Notes: a model not told the origin generated them from the letters alone. Counted from the stretch's first letter, positions 41,323-52,420 are shown. The stretch: 64,000 nt of DNA from Acidobacteriota bacterium (GCA_965248695.1 CBDFKD010000002.1:2720001-2784000), one strand, 5' to 3'. Numbers and translations are program-made.

Positions 41323-41544
41323 TAGCCTACACGGCGCCGGCTCGACTACAGGGTAGCTTGGGTGGCCAAACCCGTACCACCGAAAGGGGCTCGAGAGACG
41401 GTCGCCCGGACAGCCGGCACCGGAGCATATCCGTGGTGTCTCTGTTGGTATCAGGGGCAGCATTGGGCACCGCTAAAGCCCTGAGAATCAAAGAGATATA
41501 GGGCTACGATCTCGAAGACTCCCACAGAAGTCTCGATGGCTTGG

Positions 41545-41790
41545 GTGGTAGGCGGTGCACCCAGTCTGGCGCGAACCCGTCTCTGGCTGATTTCCCTGTA
41601 AACAGGGAGACAACAGGGAAAATTCGCCGATTGGGGCTCGAGTTGGCGGGTCGAGAGCCTGCTAACCCACTGATATTATGGGGTTTGCGGCCGAATTCCC
41701 TACGCAACGGAACAGGGAATTTTGGCGGCCCTAACAGGGAAATCTCGGAGCCAAACAGGGAAATCTGTACGCGGAAACAGGGAACGGCCT
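41545..41790. repeat. Terminal region of the serine-recombinase element with a phased AACAGGGAA array
   Basis: AACAGGGAA at 41711, 41733, 41754 and 41776; TCCCTGT-AA-ACAGGGA palindrome near 41593-41608. Confidence 0.8.
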
Positions 41791-41805
41791 CCGTAGCCGG
41801 AACGG

Positions 41806-42622
41806 CTAGGGAAACCCCAGAAGCTGCCGCTGGGCGGTCCACTGTCGCGGCAGGCGGGTGTCGCGCATGAGCTTGTTGGCGGTGAGCTCCGGTGGTTGGT
41901 GCCCCTGAAAGATGGCTGCAACGATGTCGGGCGCCAGGAAGCTCAGCCGCAGCAGCCGGGTGGCGTAGGAGGGCACGATGCCCTCCGCCTCGGCGATCCT
42001 GTGGATACCGAGGTCGGGGTTGCGGTGCAGTCGATCACGGATCCGGAAGGAACGCACCAGCAGCCGCATCACGCTCGGGTCTGGTTTGGCCTCCTTGCCG
42101 GCGCCGGGGACGATCAGCCGCACGGCCATGCCGGTGCGCTTGAGCACGGCGGGAACCTCCAGGACGATGGAGTCGAGGGTAGAGGTTAATCGGGGCACCG
42201 GCCAGGCATCGGGCCCCGAGCACACCGCCTCGGTGACCCGGTCCGCGGCGATCTGGATCTGGATGCAGCCGGGCTGGATGATGACCCGGCGCAGGAGGCT
42301 GTTCAGATACGCCCTGGCTTGCTCCAGCTGCAGGCTCGGCCACCGTTCGGCGGAGCCGCTGGGCGCCGGCAACCAACGCCGCCTGTACTTCGGCATCCGG
42401 ATATTCTTCATCCATCACTGCGCTTACGGCGGCCGGGTCGGTGAGCCATTGCCGTAGGCGGGTGGTGACGACAGCCTCCAGATCCGCCGCCGGGATGCGC
42501 CACCCCGTACGGTCGGGTCTCTTTCCCCCAGTGATCAGTTGGCGGGAGACGTAATAGCGGTAGCATCGTTTGTTCTTGAGCGCATGGGAGGGCGTGAGGC
42601 GTTCGCCGCACTCATCCACCAA
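41806..42622 (-). pseudogene. Large serine recombinase C-terminal part (frameshifted)
   Basis: LTPSHALKNKRCYRYYVS, RIPAADLE, LKRTG, YATRLLRLSFLAPDIVAAI..G.QP..LP..W..Q. Confidence 0.8.
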
Positions 42623-43397
42623 GCCTTACGGTTCGATCAAGGACGATGGAGAATCGCAGCGATAACCCGGCGCACTTACAAGGACCTATTAGTTGAAGTA
42701 ATTTACATCCGCTTCACGGTCGAAAACAACCCCGGCGCCGTCGGCGCCGCGGTTTCCCGGGAAGCCCGCGCCGTTCGTTTCATCAGATCCGCGGATCAAG
42801 TATCTTTGGACTTAGCGTCCTAGAGCAGTGGTGCGGAGCTGGATGCTTCGGAGCAGTTGGCCAGCTTCGCACACAGCCGAGCCCGGAGGTTGAAGAGCGT
42901 GAAGCTAAGACATCTGCGCAGACACCAGACACCCTCGCCGTCGAGAACGACAGTCGGTTTGCTTCTCTTCCTGTCGCTGCTGTTGCTAGTTCAGCTGCTC
43001 GGTTCAGGACGCCCGCTTTCTGAGCCGCAATCGCTAGTTGCCGTCGCTGCAATGGTATTTCTAGGATCGCTGGCACTATGGACCTGGCGCTCGATGCAAC
43101 GTGATGGTGGGCGGTAGCCGCCCTTCTTATCGCAGCACGGAAGCTAGACATCCACACGTCCGGATAACATGGCATGTGGCACGTCGCATTGGAACTCCAC
43201 CAGCGGGTACTATGCGTGGTGCGACCGCCCGCCGAGCCATCGCGCGCGCCAGGACGCTGTGGGGTTCGGCGTTCCGTATCAAGACGTCTCGTATCGGGGC
43301 TGGTGGACCCGGGACAGCGTCTTCGGCATCTACCGCGTCGGCGAGTGGAGCCCGGAGTTGCTGCGCCCGGGGCAAGCCAACGGTTACGTCAGCTTCT

Positions 43398-43605
43398 CAA
43401 TGCTGCTGCCACAGCGGGATATAGATGAACGGCGACGCTCAATCGCCAGCTTGAGCAGCACGAGCGGTAGCGTGGCGAGGACGTCACCCGCGAGCGAATA
43501 TGCTGCCAGCGAAGCCCCCATGGCGAACAGGGCGCACGGCACCGCGGCGGCTCCCAGCATCTCGATGACCGTCGCCAGCGGACCTGGCAGATGAACGCCG
43601 AGAAG
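43398..43605. repeat. Duplicated segments: 43398-43460 matches ~40704-40765; ~43448-43605 matches part of the AEC gene (~47087-47243)
   Basis: Direct identity; pieces joined at the shared AGCTTGAGCAGC. Confidence 0.85.
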
Positions 43606-44971
43606 TGGAGTTACCCCGTTTCGGTGGACAGTTGAACGCTTGGATTTGAGGTCGTAGTCGTAGTGCTGTGGGAACTCGTGGGAGCCGCAGAGCGGCTTCC
43701 AAGTGGCGGTGCGGATCGCGGCGCGATCTGCATGGGTACGGCAGTTTCCACAGCCGGTGACGGGGTCTCGGAGTAGCTCCTCTCGTAGGCGATTGGGGAT
43801 TGGTTTCCGAGCGCCGAGTGGCGCCGTCGTGGGTTGTAGAACCCCTCGATGAACTCGAACACGGCCATGCGGGCTTCGACCTGGCTCTTGAAGCTCTGCC
43901 GCCATAGCAGCTCCGTCTCTAGCGTCGCGAAGAAGCTCTCGGCCATGGCGTTGTCGTAGCAGTCGCGAGCTGATCCGGTCGAGGGACGTACACCGAGCTG
44001 CTTGCAGCGGTGGCCGAAGGCGATCGAGGTGTATTGCGTGCCCTGATCAGAGTGGTGGATCACGCTCTCAGGTCGGCGTTGCCAGATCGCCATGTTGAGC
44101 GCCTCAAGCACCAGTTCGGTACGCAGGTGGTTGGCCATCGACCAGCCCACCACCCGCCGGCTGAAGGCATCCATCACCACCGCCAGGTACAAGAACCCCG
44201 ACCACGTAGAGACGTACGTGATGTCGGCAACCCACAGGCGATCGGGTGCACCGACCGCGAAGTCACGTTTCACCAGATCGGGCACCGGCTGCGCGTCAGT
44301 ACCGCGGCGCGTCGTGCGCAGCCGACGGCGGCGGCTGACACCCTCCAGCCCCGCCTGGCTCATCAGCCGTGCCACGCGTTTGCGCCCCACCCGAACGCCG
44401 TCGGCGGCCAGTTCCGCGTGTACCCGAGGCACGCCATAGGTCGCACGGCTAAGTCGATGGATCGTCTCGATCTGCTCACGCAGCTGTGCATCCTGTCGTG
44501 CTCGCATACTGCTAGGGCGTTGTCGCCACGCGTAGTAGCCGCTGGTGGAGACCTCCAGCACTCGGCACATCGTGGCGATCGGATAGCAGGCCTGGTGAGC
44601 TCTCACGAACCCGAAGACTTCTTGGGTACTGCGCCGGTCTCCCGAGCGAACCAGGCCGCGGCTTTTGCCAGGATCTCCCGCTCCGTCTTCAACTGGCGGT
44701 TTTCCCGGCGTAGCCGCCGTAGTTCTTCCTTGTCCTGGCTACTCAGGCCAGCCGCGCTAAGCCCGTCATCTCGATCCGCCTGCTTGATCCATGTACGGAT
44801 CGTCCAGTACGAGGGCTCGAACTCCTCGGCGAGCTCCTGCACGCTGCGTCCTGCCCGCGCTAGCTCGACGATCTGCCGACGAAACTCCGGCGGATAAGGC
44901 GGTCGTGTTCTTCGCATCGCAGACTCCTTTGGCGTTAGCCATAAGGTGTCCACGGAAGCGGGTCAACTCCA
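43606..44971 (-). mobile_element. IS3-family element (OrfA ~44917-44603, OrfB 44606-43611)
   Basis: TIR TGGAGTTACCCCGTTTCGGTGGACA / TGGAGTTGACCCGCTTCCGTGGACA; WVADITY, HHSDQG, DNAMAESFF. Confidence 0.93.
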
Positions 44972-46036
44972 GATCAGATCGAGGGCGCGGACTGGGACTA
45001 CGGCACCGAGCTCGGCTACCTGCGCGAGCTAGTGGACTACTGGCTCGCCGAGTATGACTGGCGAGAACAAGAACGACGCCTCAACGCGTTCGACCAGTTC
45101 ACCACCGACATCGACGGGGTGCGCGTTCACTTCATCCATCAGCGATCGGAAGAGCCCGGGGCGCTGCCGCTGGTGATCAACCATGGATGGCCGGGGTCGG
45201 TGTTCGAGTTCGTCAAGATCATCGGACCATTGACCGACCCGGTGGCCCACGGCGGCCGCGCCGAGGACGCGTTCCACGTCATTTGCCCCGCCATTCCGGG
45301 CTACGGCTTCTCCGGCAAACCGAATGAGCGCGGATTCAACGTCGGCCGCGTCGGCGAGATGGTCGCTCACCTGATGGCGCGCCTCGGCTACGCGCGCTAC
45401 GGAGCTCAGGGCGGCGACTGGGGAGCATCGGTCACCGCGTGGCTGGGCCGCAGCGCCCCTGAACATGTCGTCGGCGCGCACCTCAACTTCGTCTGGCTTC
45501 CGCCCCCGGCTGGCGTCGACGACCCTACCGCCGGCCTGTCCGCTCGGGAGCTCGAGTGGCTGGAGCAGAACCAGTCCTGGATCGAGGAAGAATGGGCCTA
45601 CGGCCAAATCCAAGGCAGCAAGCCACAGACGCTTGGCTACGGCCTCAACGACTCGCCCGTGGGACTGGCCGCCTGGCTGGTGGAGAAGTTCCGCTCCTGG
45701 AGCGACAGTAACGGCGACGTCGAGAGCCGATTCAGCAAGGACGAGTTGATCACCAGCGTGATGCTCTACTGGGTGACGGAGTCGATCACCTCCTCCGCCC
45801 GGCTGTACTACGAGTCACGCCACACCAGCAATCCTGGAGTCGGCGGCCGGGTGACGGTACCTACCGCTTACGCCGTGTTCCCGAAGGAGGTTGTGAGGTC
45901 GCCGCGTAGCTGGGTCGAGGCACGCTACAACCTAACCCGCTGGACCGAGATGCCCCGAGGCGGCCATTTCGCAGCGCTCGAGGAGCCGGAGTTGCTGGTC
46001 GCCGACATCCGCGCCTTCTTCCGCGACCTCCGCTAG
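44972..46036 (+). CDS. Epoxide hydrolase (5' end truncated by IS3)
   Basis: YDWR, HGWPGS, PGYGFS, QGGDWG, GGHFAALEEP. Confidence 0.9.
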   Translation, partial: DQIEGADWDYGTELGYLRELVDYWLAEYDWREQERRLNAFDQFTTDIDGVRVHFIHQRSEEPGALPLVINHGWPGSVFEFVKIIGPLTDPVAHGGRAEDAFHVICPAIPGYGFSGKPNERGFNVGRVGEMVAHLMARLGYARYGAQGGDWGASVTAWLGRSAPEHVVGAHLNFVWLPPPAGVDDPTAGLSARELEWLEQNQSWIEEEWAYGQIQGSKPQTLGYGLNDSPVGLAAWLVEKFRSWSDSNGDVESRFSKDELITSVMLYWVTESITSSARLYYESRHTSNPGVGGRVTVPTAYAVFPKEVVRSPRSWVEARYNLTRWTEMPRGGHFAALEEPELLVADIRAFFRDLR

Positions 46037-46155
46037 CGTGCGACGGCCCATCTGGACCGGGGTCACGGCGGCGAAGCTGGCGCTCTCGGTAGCAGTCATG
46101 GTGGCGTGAAGACGCCACAACTGGCACGCTACGATCCACGCTCCAAGAGGTGGCC

Positions 46156-46806
46156 ATGCAACGCTGGACGCTGTTCTGGACATTCGCCGCCGTGATGACG
46201 GCGATCACCGTGTGGGGACTGGTAGCCGGCGCCGCGGACGAGGACACGGCGCGGTTGCTTGTTCGCTGGACCATCCGAGCAGCCGTGGTGCCCTTCTTGC
46301 TGGCTTTCGTGGCCGCCGCCGTCGGGACGTTGGCGCCCGGTCGCACCGCCGAATGGTTGCTCGACAACCGCAAGCACCTCGGACTCGCCTTCGCCTACGG
46401 CATCGCGCTGAACATGGCGGCGATCGTGTGGCTGGGAGGCTTCAACCGCGGCGTCTACTGGAGCGGATTGTCGATCCTGGATCGAGTTGAATCCTACGGC
46501 GGCCTGGCAGTCGTGGTCGCGCTGTCGCTCACCTCCTTCGACCGGCTCAGCCGGCAGATCAGCCCCGGCACCTGGCGGCTGCTGCATACGCTCGGCATGT
46601 ATGGGCTGTGGTGGGTGTTCTTCAGAACGAACTGGCTGTACTCGCTGTCGGCGGTGCGGCGCGGTCTGATAGCGGAGCGTTGGCTCTATCTGTTGATCAC
46701 TTCGTTGCTGATCGCCACACTATTGCTGCGCCTGTGGGCAGCTATCGTCCGACGCCGCAGCGGAGCGCCAGATGTGCTTCCCCGAGAACCAGCCTTGAGC
46801 CACTAG
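46156..46806 (+). CDS. Ferric-reductase-like (MsrQ-like) membrane protein
   Basis: NRKHLGLAF, LSLTS, WRLLH. Confidence 0.65.
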   Translation: MQRWTLFWTFAAVMTAITVWGLVAGAADEDTARLLVRWTIRAAVVPFLLAFVAAAVGTLAPGRTAEWLLDNRKHLGLAFAYGIALNMAAIVWLGGFNRGVYWSGLSILDRVESYGGLAVVVALSLTSFDRLSRQISPGTWRLLHTLGMYGLWWVFFRTNWLYSLSAVRRGLIAERWLYLLITSLLIATLLLRLWAAIVRRRSGAPDVLPREPALSH

Positions 46807-46856
46807 TGGCCTGCAACAGATACAGAGCCGCTAGGTTCGCTCGGCAACGGCGAGGC

Positions 46857-47792
46857 TCAGCCTCGGAACAGATACAGAGCCGCTGAAATCGTCACCACCG
46901 AGATCGCCGTGCTCAGGAAGATCGTACGGGCGGCGATGCCCGAAGCAGCCTCGTACGTCGACGCCACCAGGTAGACGTTGATGCCGGTAGGCATGGTGGC
47001 CATGAGAACCGCTACCGACACCCAAAGCCCCTCCAGCCCGAGTACCGGCACTGCCAACACCCACACCAGGAGCGGGTGCACGATGAGCTTGAGCAGCACG
47101 AGCGGTAGCGTGGCGAGGACGTCACCCGCGAGCGAATATGCTGCCAGCGAAGCCCCCATGGCGAACAGGGCGCACGGCACCGCGGCGGCTCCCAGCATCT
47201 CGATGACCGTCGCCAGCGGACCTGGCAGATGAACGCCGAGAAGGTTGGCGATCAAGCCGGCCACCAGAGCCAGGAAAATAGGGTTGCGAAACAGGTCGGT
47301 GAGAACGATGCGTAGCTGTGCGACCACCGATACCTCGCCGCCACGACCGATCTGGATCAGGATCATTGTCAGCACCATCAACGTGGCCGAGTGAAACAGC
47401 ACCAGGAGAAAGATGGCCAGGGCTGCTTCCGCACCAAGCACGGTCAGAAGCAACGGGATCCCCAGTAGAACCGTGTTGGAAAACCCGGCTGCCATACCGC
47501 AGATCGCCTGGTCGTCGAGCGCGCAGCGGAACGAGAAACGCCCGACGCCCACACCCAGCGCGAAGACGCCGAGCGCACCGCCGTAGTACGACAGCAGGAA
47601 CCCCCACTCGATCGAGGCCGGGAGCTCGGCACGAAACAGGTGCCCGAACAGCATCGCCGGTATGGCGAAGTGGAACACGAAGAGGACCAGACCCCGCACC
47701 GCCGCTGGCTCGAGGACGCGACGCTTCGCAGCCGCGAAACCCAACAGCACGATGCCGAAGACCGGCGCGACGATTCCGAGGACGGTAATCAC
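46857..47792 (-). CDS. AEC-family (auxin efflux carrier) transporter
   Basis: FAIPAMLF, SNTVLLGIP, NPIF, ALFAMG, LKLIVHP, MPTG. Confidence 0.9.
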   Translation of the reverse strand: MITVLGIVAPVFGIVLLGFAAAKRRVLEPAAVRGLVLFVFHFAIPAMLFGHLFRAELPASIEWGFLLSYYGGALGVFALGVGVGRFSFRCALDDQAICGMAAGFSNTVLLGIPLLLTVLGAEAALAIFLLVLFHSATLMVLTMILIQIGRGGEVSVVAQLRIVLTDLFRNPIFLALVAGLIANLLGVHLPGPLATVIEMLGAAAVPCALFAMGASLAAYSLAGDVLATLPLVLLKLIVHPLLVWVLAVPVLGLEGLWVSVAVLMATMPTGINVYLVASTYEAASGIAARTIFLSTAISVVTISAALYLFRG

Positions 47793-47817
47793 GAGCCCGC
47801 CCGCTTTCGGTCGCTAG

Positions 47818-47981
47818 CAGGCCGTGGTGAAAGTGTGGTAACCCTTCGGGCGACTGGGGGTTGCGCGCGCAGGCTGCGTCGTTTGTCGTCAACGATGGGG
47901 TAACCATCGCCTCCTCCTCTCTCCTGGCCTGCGCCTCGCAAGACCCTGTCGCCAGACCCGCCACACTTTCACCACGGCCTG
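47818..47981. mobile_element. MITE with TIR CAGGCCGTGGTGAAAGTGTGG, flanked by CTAG on both sides
   Basis: 21-bp TIRs; CTAG at 47814-47817 and 47982-47985; longer copy at 53794. Confidence 0.85.
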
Positions 47982-49109
47982 CTAGAGGATCTGGCTCAGC
48001 GCCCGGCTGAGCGCCTCGACCGTACGGTCGACATTGTGCAGCTTGTCCAGCCCGAACAGCCCGAGCCTGAACGTACGGAACGACTCCGGCTCGTCGCAGC
48101 GCATCGGGACCCCAGCGGCGATCTGCAGACCATGAGCAGCAAACTTCTTGCCGTTCTGGATGTCAGGGTCATCGGTGTAGCTCACCACTACGCCGGCAGC
48201 CTGGAACCCTTCAGCGGCGACGCTTTTGAAACCCAACCCGGTCAGCAGGGCGCGCACCTTGTCGCCGAGCTCCTGTTGCTCGGCGCGGACCTTGTCGAAC
48301 CCGTACGCTGCAGTCTCCAGCAATCCATCGCGGAAGCGCGTCAGCGAGTCGGTCGGCATGGTGGCGTAGTAGGCGTGCCCGCCCCGCTCATAGGCAAGCA
48401 TGATGTCCAGCCACTTGGACAGGTCAACCGCGAAGCTGGTGCTGGAGGTGGCCTCGATCCGCTCTCGAGCGAGCGCACCGAGCATCACCAGCCCGGCGCA
48501 AGGCGGTCCACTCCAGCCTTTTTGCGGCGCGCTGATCAACACGTCGACGCCAGACGCCTTCATATCGACCCACATCGCGCCCGAGGCAATGCAGTCGAGA
48601 ACGAACATGCCTCCCACCGCGTGCACAGCATCGGCCACTGCGGCGAGATAGTCGTCGGGCAGGATTATTCCTGATGCGGTCTCCACATGCGCCGCGAAGA
48701 CCACGTCCGGCTGTTGCTCGGCAATGGTCGCCACGACTTCTTCAATTGGCGCTGGCGCGAACGCCGGTTGCGGATCACCATCGGTGGGTCGCGCTTTCAA
48801 CACCGTACAGGCGGAGGGAATGCTCCCCATCTCGAAGATCTGTGACCAGCGAAAGCTGAACCAGCCGTTGCGAATCACCAGGCACCGTTTATCGGTGGCG
48901 AACTGCCGTGCCACGGCCTCCATCCCGAACGTCCCTCCGCCCGGAACCACGACCACGGCATCGGCGTTGTAGGCCTTCTTCAGTGTGGTGGAGATGTCGT
49001 TCATCACCCCCTGAAACGCGCCCGACATGTGATTGAGCGAGCGGTCGGTGAACACCACCGAGTATTCCAGGAGGCCGTCAGGATCAACGTCGGGGAGCAA
49101 GCCTGGCAT
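47982..49109 (-). CDS. Class V aminotransferase (alanine/serine-glyoxylate aminotransferase-like)
   Basis: LLEYSVVFTDRSLNHMS, HVETASG, LDCIASG, SAPQKG PLP lysine. Confidence 0.92.
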   Translation of the reverse strand: MPGLLPDVDPDGLLEYSVVFTDRSLNHMSGAFQGVMNDISTTLKKAYNADAVVVVPGGGTFGMEAVARQFATDKRCLVIRNGWFSFRWSQIFEMGSIPSACTVLKARPTDGDPQPAFAPAPIEEVVATIAEQQPDVVFAAHVETASGIILPDDYLAAVADAVHAVGGMFVLDCIASGAMWVDMKASGVDVLISAPQKGWSGPPCAGLVMLGALARERIEATSSTSFAVDLSKWLDIMLAYERGGHAYYATMPTDSLTRFRDGLLETAAYGFDKVRAEQQELGDKVRALLTGLGFKSVAAEGFQAAGVVVSYTDDPDIQNGKKFAAHGLQIAAGVPMRCDEPESFRTFRLGLFGLDKLHNVDRTVEALSRALSQIL

Positions 49110-49257
49110 GTTCGCGTCCGGGTGGAAGAAGAGATGTGCAGAGGGGCATGGTGAGATTGTGGTACGTCTGGCTTAGGGCGACTACTTGTACGCTTCGGTT
49201 GACGACCCTGCCTGAGCTGTCGAGAATCAGCAAGCCTTCAACGCGGAGATAGTGACC

Positions 49258-51207
49258 ATGAAGCGACTCTTCTTGCCTGGCGCCCTGGTAGCGCTTCTAG
49301 TGGCGTTGGCCGCGTGGGCCGCACCGTTGCCGCCAGCAGCAGGCGAGCCGGGGCAGCAGGGCTGGAGCCCGGCGGGCCCCGCCACACCCGCCAGCATGGT
49401 GCTGGACTACGAGATGCGGTGCGCCACCTGTCACGACAACCGCAGCGCCGACAACCGCGCACCCAGTCGCGCCACGTTGCGACAGCTACCGCCTGAGCGC
49501 GTGCTCGCCGCCGTAACAACCGGCCCGATGGTCGAATTCGTCCAGGGTCTCCGGGAAGAGCAACTCGGGGCGCTGGCCGAGCTGGTCACCGGCAAGCCGT
49601 TCGGAGGGATCGCCGACCGCACGGCCGCGGCAATGAGCAACCCCTGCGCCGACCCTCTGAGGTTGGACCGCCCCTTCGAGCAGCCGGGATGGAACGGTTG
49701 GACCCCCGACCCGACCCGTTCCCATCGCTTCCAGCCCAACGACGCGGCCGGCTTGACGGGATCGCAGATCTCGCAGTTGAAGTTGAAATGGGCCTTCGCA
49801 ATACCGGGCGCCGCTTCCGCGGCGTGGGCGCAACCGACGATCGTCGGCGGAACGCTGTTCATCGGTAGCGACAACCAGTTCGTCTACGCGCTCGATGCCA
49901 AGAGCGGGTGCGTGCACTGGTCGTACCAGGCACCCGGGCAGGTGCGCACGGCCGTGAGCATCGGTGCCGTGACCAACGTCCCCGGTGTTCGCTACGCCGC
50001 TGCGTTCGGCGACTACATGGGCTACGTGACCGCGGTCAACGCCGAGACCGGCGAGGAGCTCTGGTCGGTGCGGCCGGATGACCATCCGGCAGCCAAGATC
50101 ACCGGCCCGCCAGTGCTCGACCCATCGCCCGGTGGGCTTCTGTACGTTGGCGTCTCGTCGTGGGCGCAGATCCCTGCTCGGCAGATCAGCTACGAATGCT
50201 GCACGTTCCAGGGCAGCCTCACCGCGCTCGAGTTGGGCACCGGCGAGCGCGTCTGGAAGACCTACACCATGTCGGAACGCCCGCGCCCGTTGCGCCAGAA
50301 CTCTGCCGGCACGCAGCTCTACGGCCCCTCGGGGGCCGCAGTGTGGAACGCCCCGACGCTGGATCTGGAGCACCGCAAGCTCTACTCGACAACCGGCACC
50401 TGCTACATCTCCGAGTTCTTCGACGATCCCATCGGCTTTGATGACGGCACCTGCGTCTCGGTCATGGCCTTCAACATGGACACCGGCGCGCGCCTGTGGT
50501 GGACCCAACTGGTGCCCAACGACCGCCACGATGGTGGCTGCGGAACCACCGTCGATGAGCGACGCTTGAACTGTCCCGGCTTCGTCAACACCCCCGACGA
50601 CGATCCGTCGGGATCGCCGGTGCTGCATCGGCTCGCCAACGGCCGGCGGATCATCATCCAGGGTCAGGAGAGCGGCCGCGTCACGGCTATCGATCCTGAC
50701 AACCGCGGCGCCGTTCTATGGGTCGCGCAGGCCGGCGACGAGCTGGCGCCCAGCGACGCCGGCTTCGGCGGCGCGTTCGACGGCGACTACTACTTCAAGC
50801 CGGTGCCACAATCCGACGGCACCGGCAGCATCGCCGCACTTCGCGTCGAGGACGGCTCACGCGTCTGGAACACCAAGCTGTCCAAGCCGACCGACTGCGC
50901 CGATCCGACGGAGACGATGACCTGCCACTCAGGCAACTGGGCCGCGGCGACCGCCATCACCGGCGCCGTCCTGACCGGTTCGCGCAACGGCGTTCTGCGC
51001 TCCTACTCAACCGAGGACGGCGGCATCTTGTGGGAGTTCAACACGGCGCGCGACTTCGACACCGTGAACGGCGTGCCGGGCTTCGGTGGCGGCTTCGGCG
51101 GCGCCGGGCCCTCGATCGTCGACGGCATGCTGTATGTCGGCTCCGGCTACGCAATCCTCGGCAACGCACCCGGCAACGTGCTGCTGGCGTTCGGTCTCGA
51201 CCAATGA
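49258..51207 (+). CDS. Quinohemoprotein dehydrogenase (PVA-dehydrogenase-like; heme c plus PQQ propeller)
   Basis: Signal peptide, CATCH, LKLKWAF, ALDAKSGCVHW, YECCTFQGS, GAAVWNAP. Confidence 0.88.
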   Translation: MKRLFLPGALVALLVALAAWAAPLPPAAGEPGQQGWSPAGPATPASMVLDYEMRCATCHDNRSADNRAPSRATLRQLPPERVLAAVTTGPMVEFVQGLREEQLGALAELVTGKPFGGIADRTAAAMSNPCADPLRLDRPFEQPGWNGWTPDPTRSHRFQPNDAAGLTGSQISQLKLKWAFAIPGAASAAWAQPTIVGGTLFIGSDNQFVYALDAKSGCVHWSYQAPGQVRTAVSIGAVTNVPGVRYAAAFGDYMGYVTAVNAETGEELWSVRPDDHPAAKITGPPVLDPSPGGLLYVGVSSWAQIPARQISYECCTFQGSLTALELGTGERVWKTYTMSERPRPLRQNSAGTQLYGPSGAAVWNAPTLDLEHRKLYSTTGTCYISEFFDDPIGFDDGTCVSVMAFNMDTGARLWWTQLVPNDRHDGGCGTTVDERRLNCPGFVNTPDDDPSGSPVLHRLANGRRIIIQGQESGRVTAIDPDNRGAVLWVAQAGDELAPSDAGFGGAFDGDYYFKPVPQSDGTGSIAALRVEDGSRVWNTKLSKPTDCADPTETMTCHSGNWAAATAITGAVLTGSRNGVLRSYSTEDGGILWEFNTARDFDTVNGVPGFGGGFGGAGPSIVDGMLYVGSGYAILGNAPGNVLLAFGLDQ

Positions 51208-51746
51208 CCTCTGACAATCCACTAGCGCCCGTGTCGATCGCCGGCCTTGTTGCCTTCGCCCTCGCGCTCGGCAGCGCCCCCGGCGCGATCGCCGGGCCCG
51301 AGCTACCACCGGTATTCGGCGAGCTCGTCGGCCACTGGCGCGGTGAAGGCACGCTCATGGGGCGGCCGGCCGTCTTCGATATGGAATGGCGTAGCGCCCT
51401 GAACGGGCGTTTTCTCGTTCTCCAGTTCTCGAACGGGTTCGCGGCTGACGAGTCAGCAGCCGCCGTACCTGTGCTGACAGCAACCGCGTACTACCGGCCC
51501 AGGCCCACCGATCCGGGAACGGCGGACGGTACGTGGTTCGACACTCGCGGCGTAATGTTCCCCCTGAGCGTGACCGTAACGCCGACCGCTCTGGTCACGC
51601 TGTGGGGCGAACCATCGACAGAGCGCGGGCGCACGACGTATCGGATCGTCGGGCCGGACCGCGTGGACGTCGTCGACGAGGTCATCCGGGGCGAACGATA
51701 TGAGCTGTTCGGACAGGCCAGCTACACACGCCTGCCACCGAGCTAG
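51204..51746 (+). CDS. Secreted beta-barrel hypothetical protein (DUF1579-like)
   Basis: Signal peptide, LVGHWRGEG, LNGRF, WFDTRG. Confidence 0.6.
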   Translation: MTSDNPLAPVSIAGLVAFALALGSAPGAIAGPELPPVFGELVGHWRGEGTLMGRPAVFDMEWRSALNGRFLVLQFSNGFAADESAAAVPVLTATAYYRPRPTDPGTADGTWFDTRGVMFPLSVTVTPTALVTLWGEPSTERGRTTYRIVGPDRVDVVDEVIRGERYELFGQASYTRLPPS

Positions 51747-51766
51747 CTCCCTCGGGTTGTTGGCCG

Positions 51767-52420
51767 TCAGACTTCCTCGTCCCCGTGGCGAATGCGGTCG
51801 TACGGCTGCACCACCGACGAGGCGATATTGCTGAGGTGGGCGCTCACACGACCGAGAATGCGTACCGCGCTCGAGTAGACCACCGCGGGATCGGCCGGCA
51901 AACCGCTGGCCGCCAGGCGAGCCATGAACTCGCGAACGGCGATCTTGGTCTCCACGTGGCGCTCGATCACTTGGCTGGCGCCTTGAGCGTCGTCATCACC
52001 GAAGGCGGCCGCGCAAGTCTCGAAGCTCGGCCGGATGGTCGCCGCGATGCGGCGCAGGTCATCGGCAAACTCGCCTTCGAGCTTTCCTTTCTTGAGTTCC
52101 ACGAAATCGCCGAGACCGCGCGCGAAATCGCCAAGCCGCTCGGCGTCCTGAACGATCGACACGAGCACCAGGCTGGCGACAAGGTCGTGCTGTGGGTCGA
52201 CCGCAAGGTGTTCCAGCACCGCGCGACGCACCTCACGCTCGCCGTCGTCGATGCGGTCGTCGAGCGCGTCGAGGTCAACGTCCGTTGAAGCGTCGTCGAG
52301 AAGCATCGCCATGGCGAGGTCGTACATCTCGGCGGCATGGGTGAGCATCCCCGAGATTGTCTCGAAGGCTTCGTCGATCAGCGTTGATTGGGCTCGCGCT
52401 CCGAACAGGCGCTCGAACAT
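51767..52420 (-). CDS. PhoU-domain protein
   Basis: DDRIDDGEREVRR, DAERLGD, RVSAHLSNIA; downstream of the Na/Pi symporter. Confidence 0.85.
   Translation of the reverse strand: MFERLFGARAQSTLIDEAFETISGMLTHAAEMYDLAMAMLLDDASTDVDLDALDDRIDDGEREVRRAVLEHLAVDPQHDLVASLVLVSIVQDAERLGDFARGLGDFVELKKGKLEGEFADDLRRIAATIRPSFETCAAAFGDDDAQGASQVIERHVETKIAVREFMARLAASGLPADPAVVYSSAVRILGRVSAHLSNIASSVVQPYDRIRHGDEEV

Noticed and set aside
41545-41590. tRNA gene
   Set aside because: Only a vague T-arm-like motif; no cloverleaf can be built
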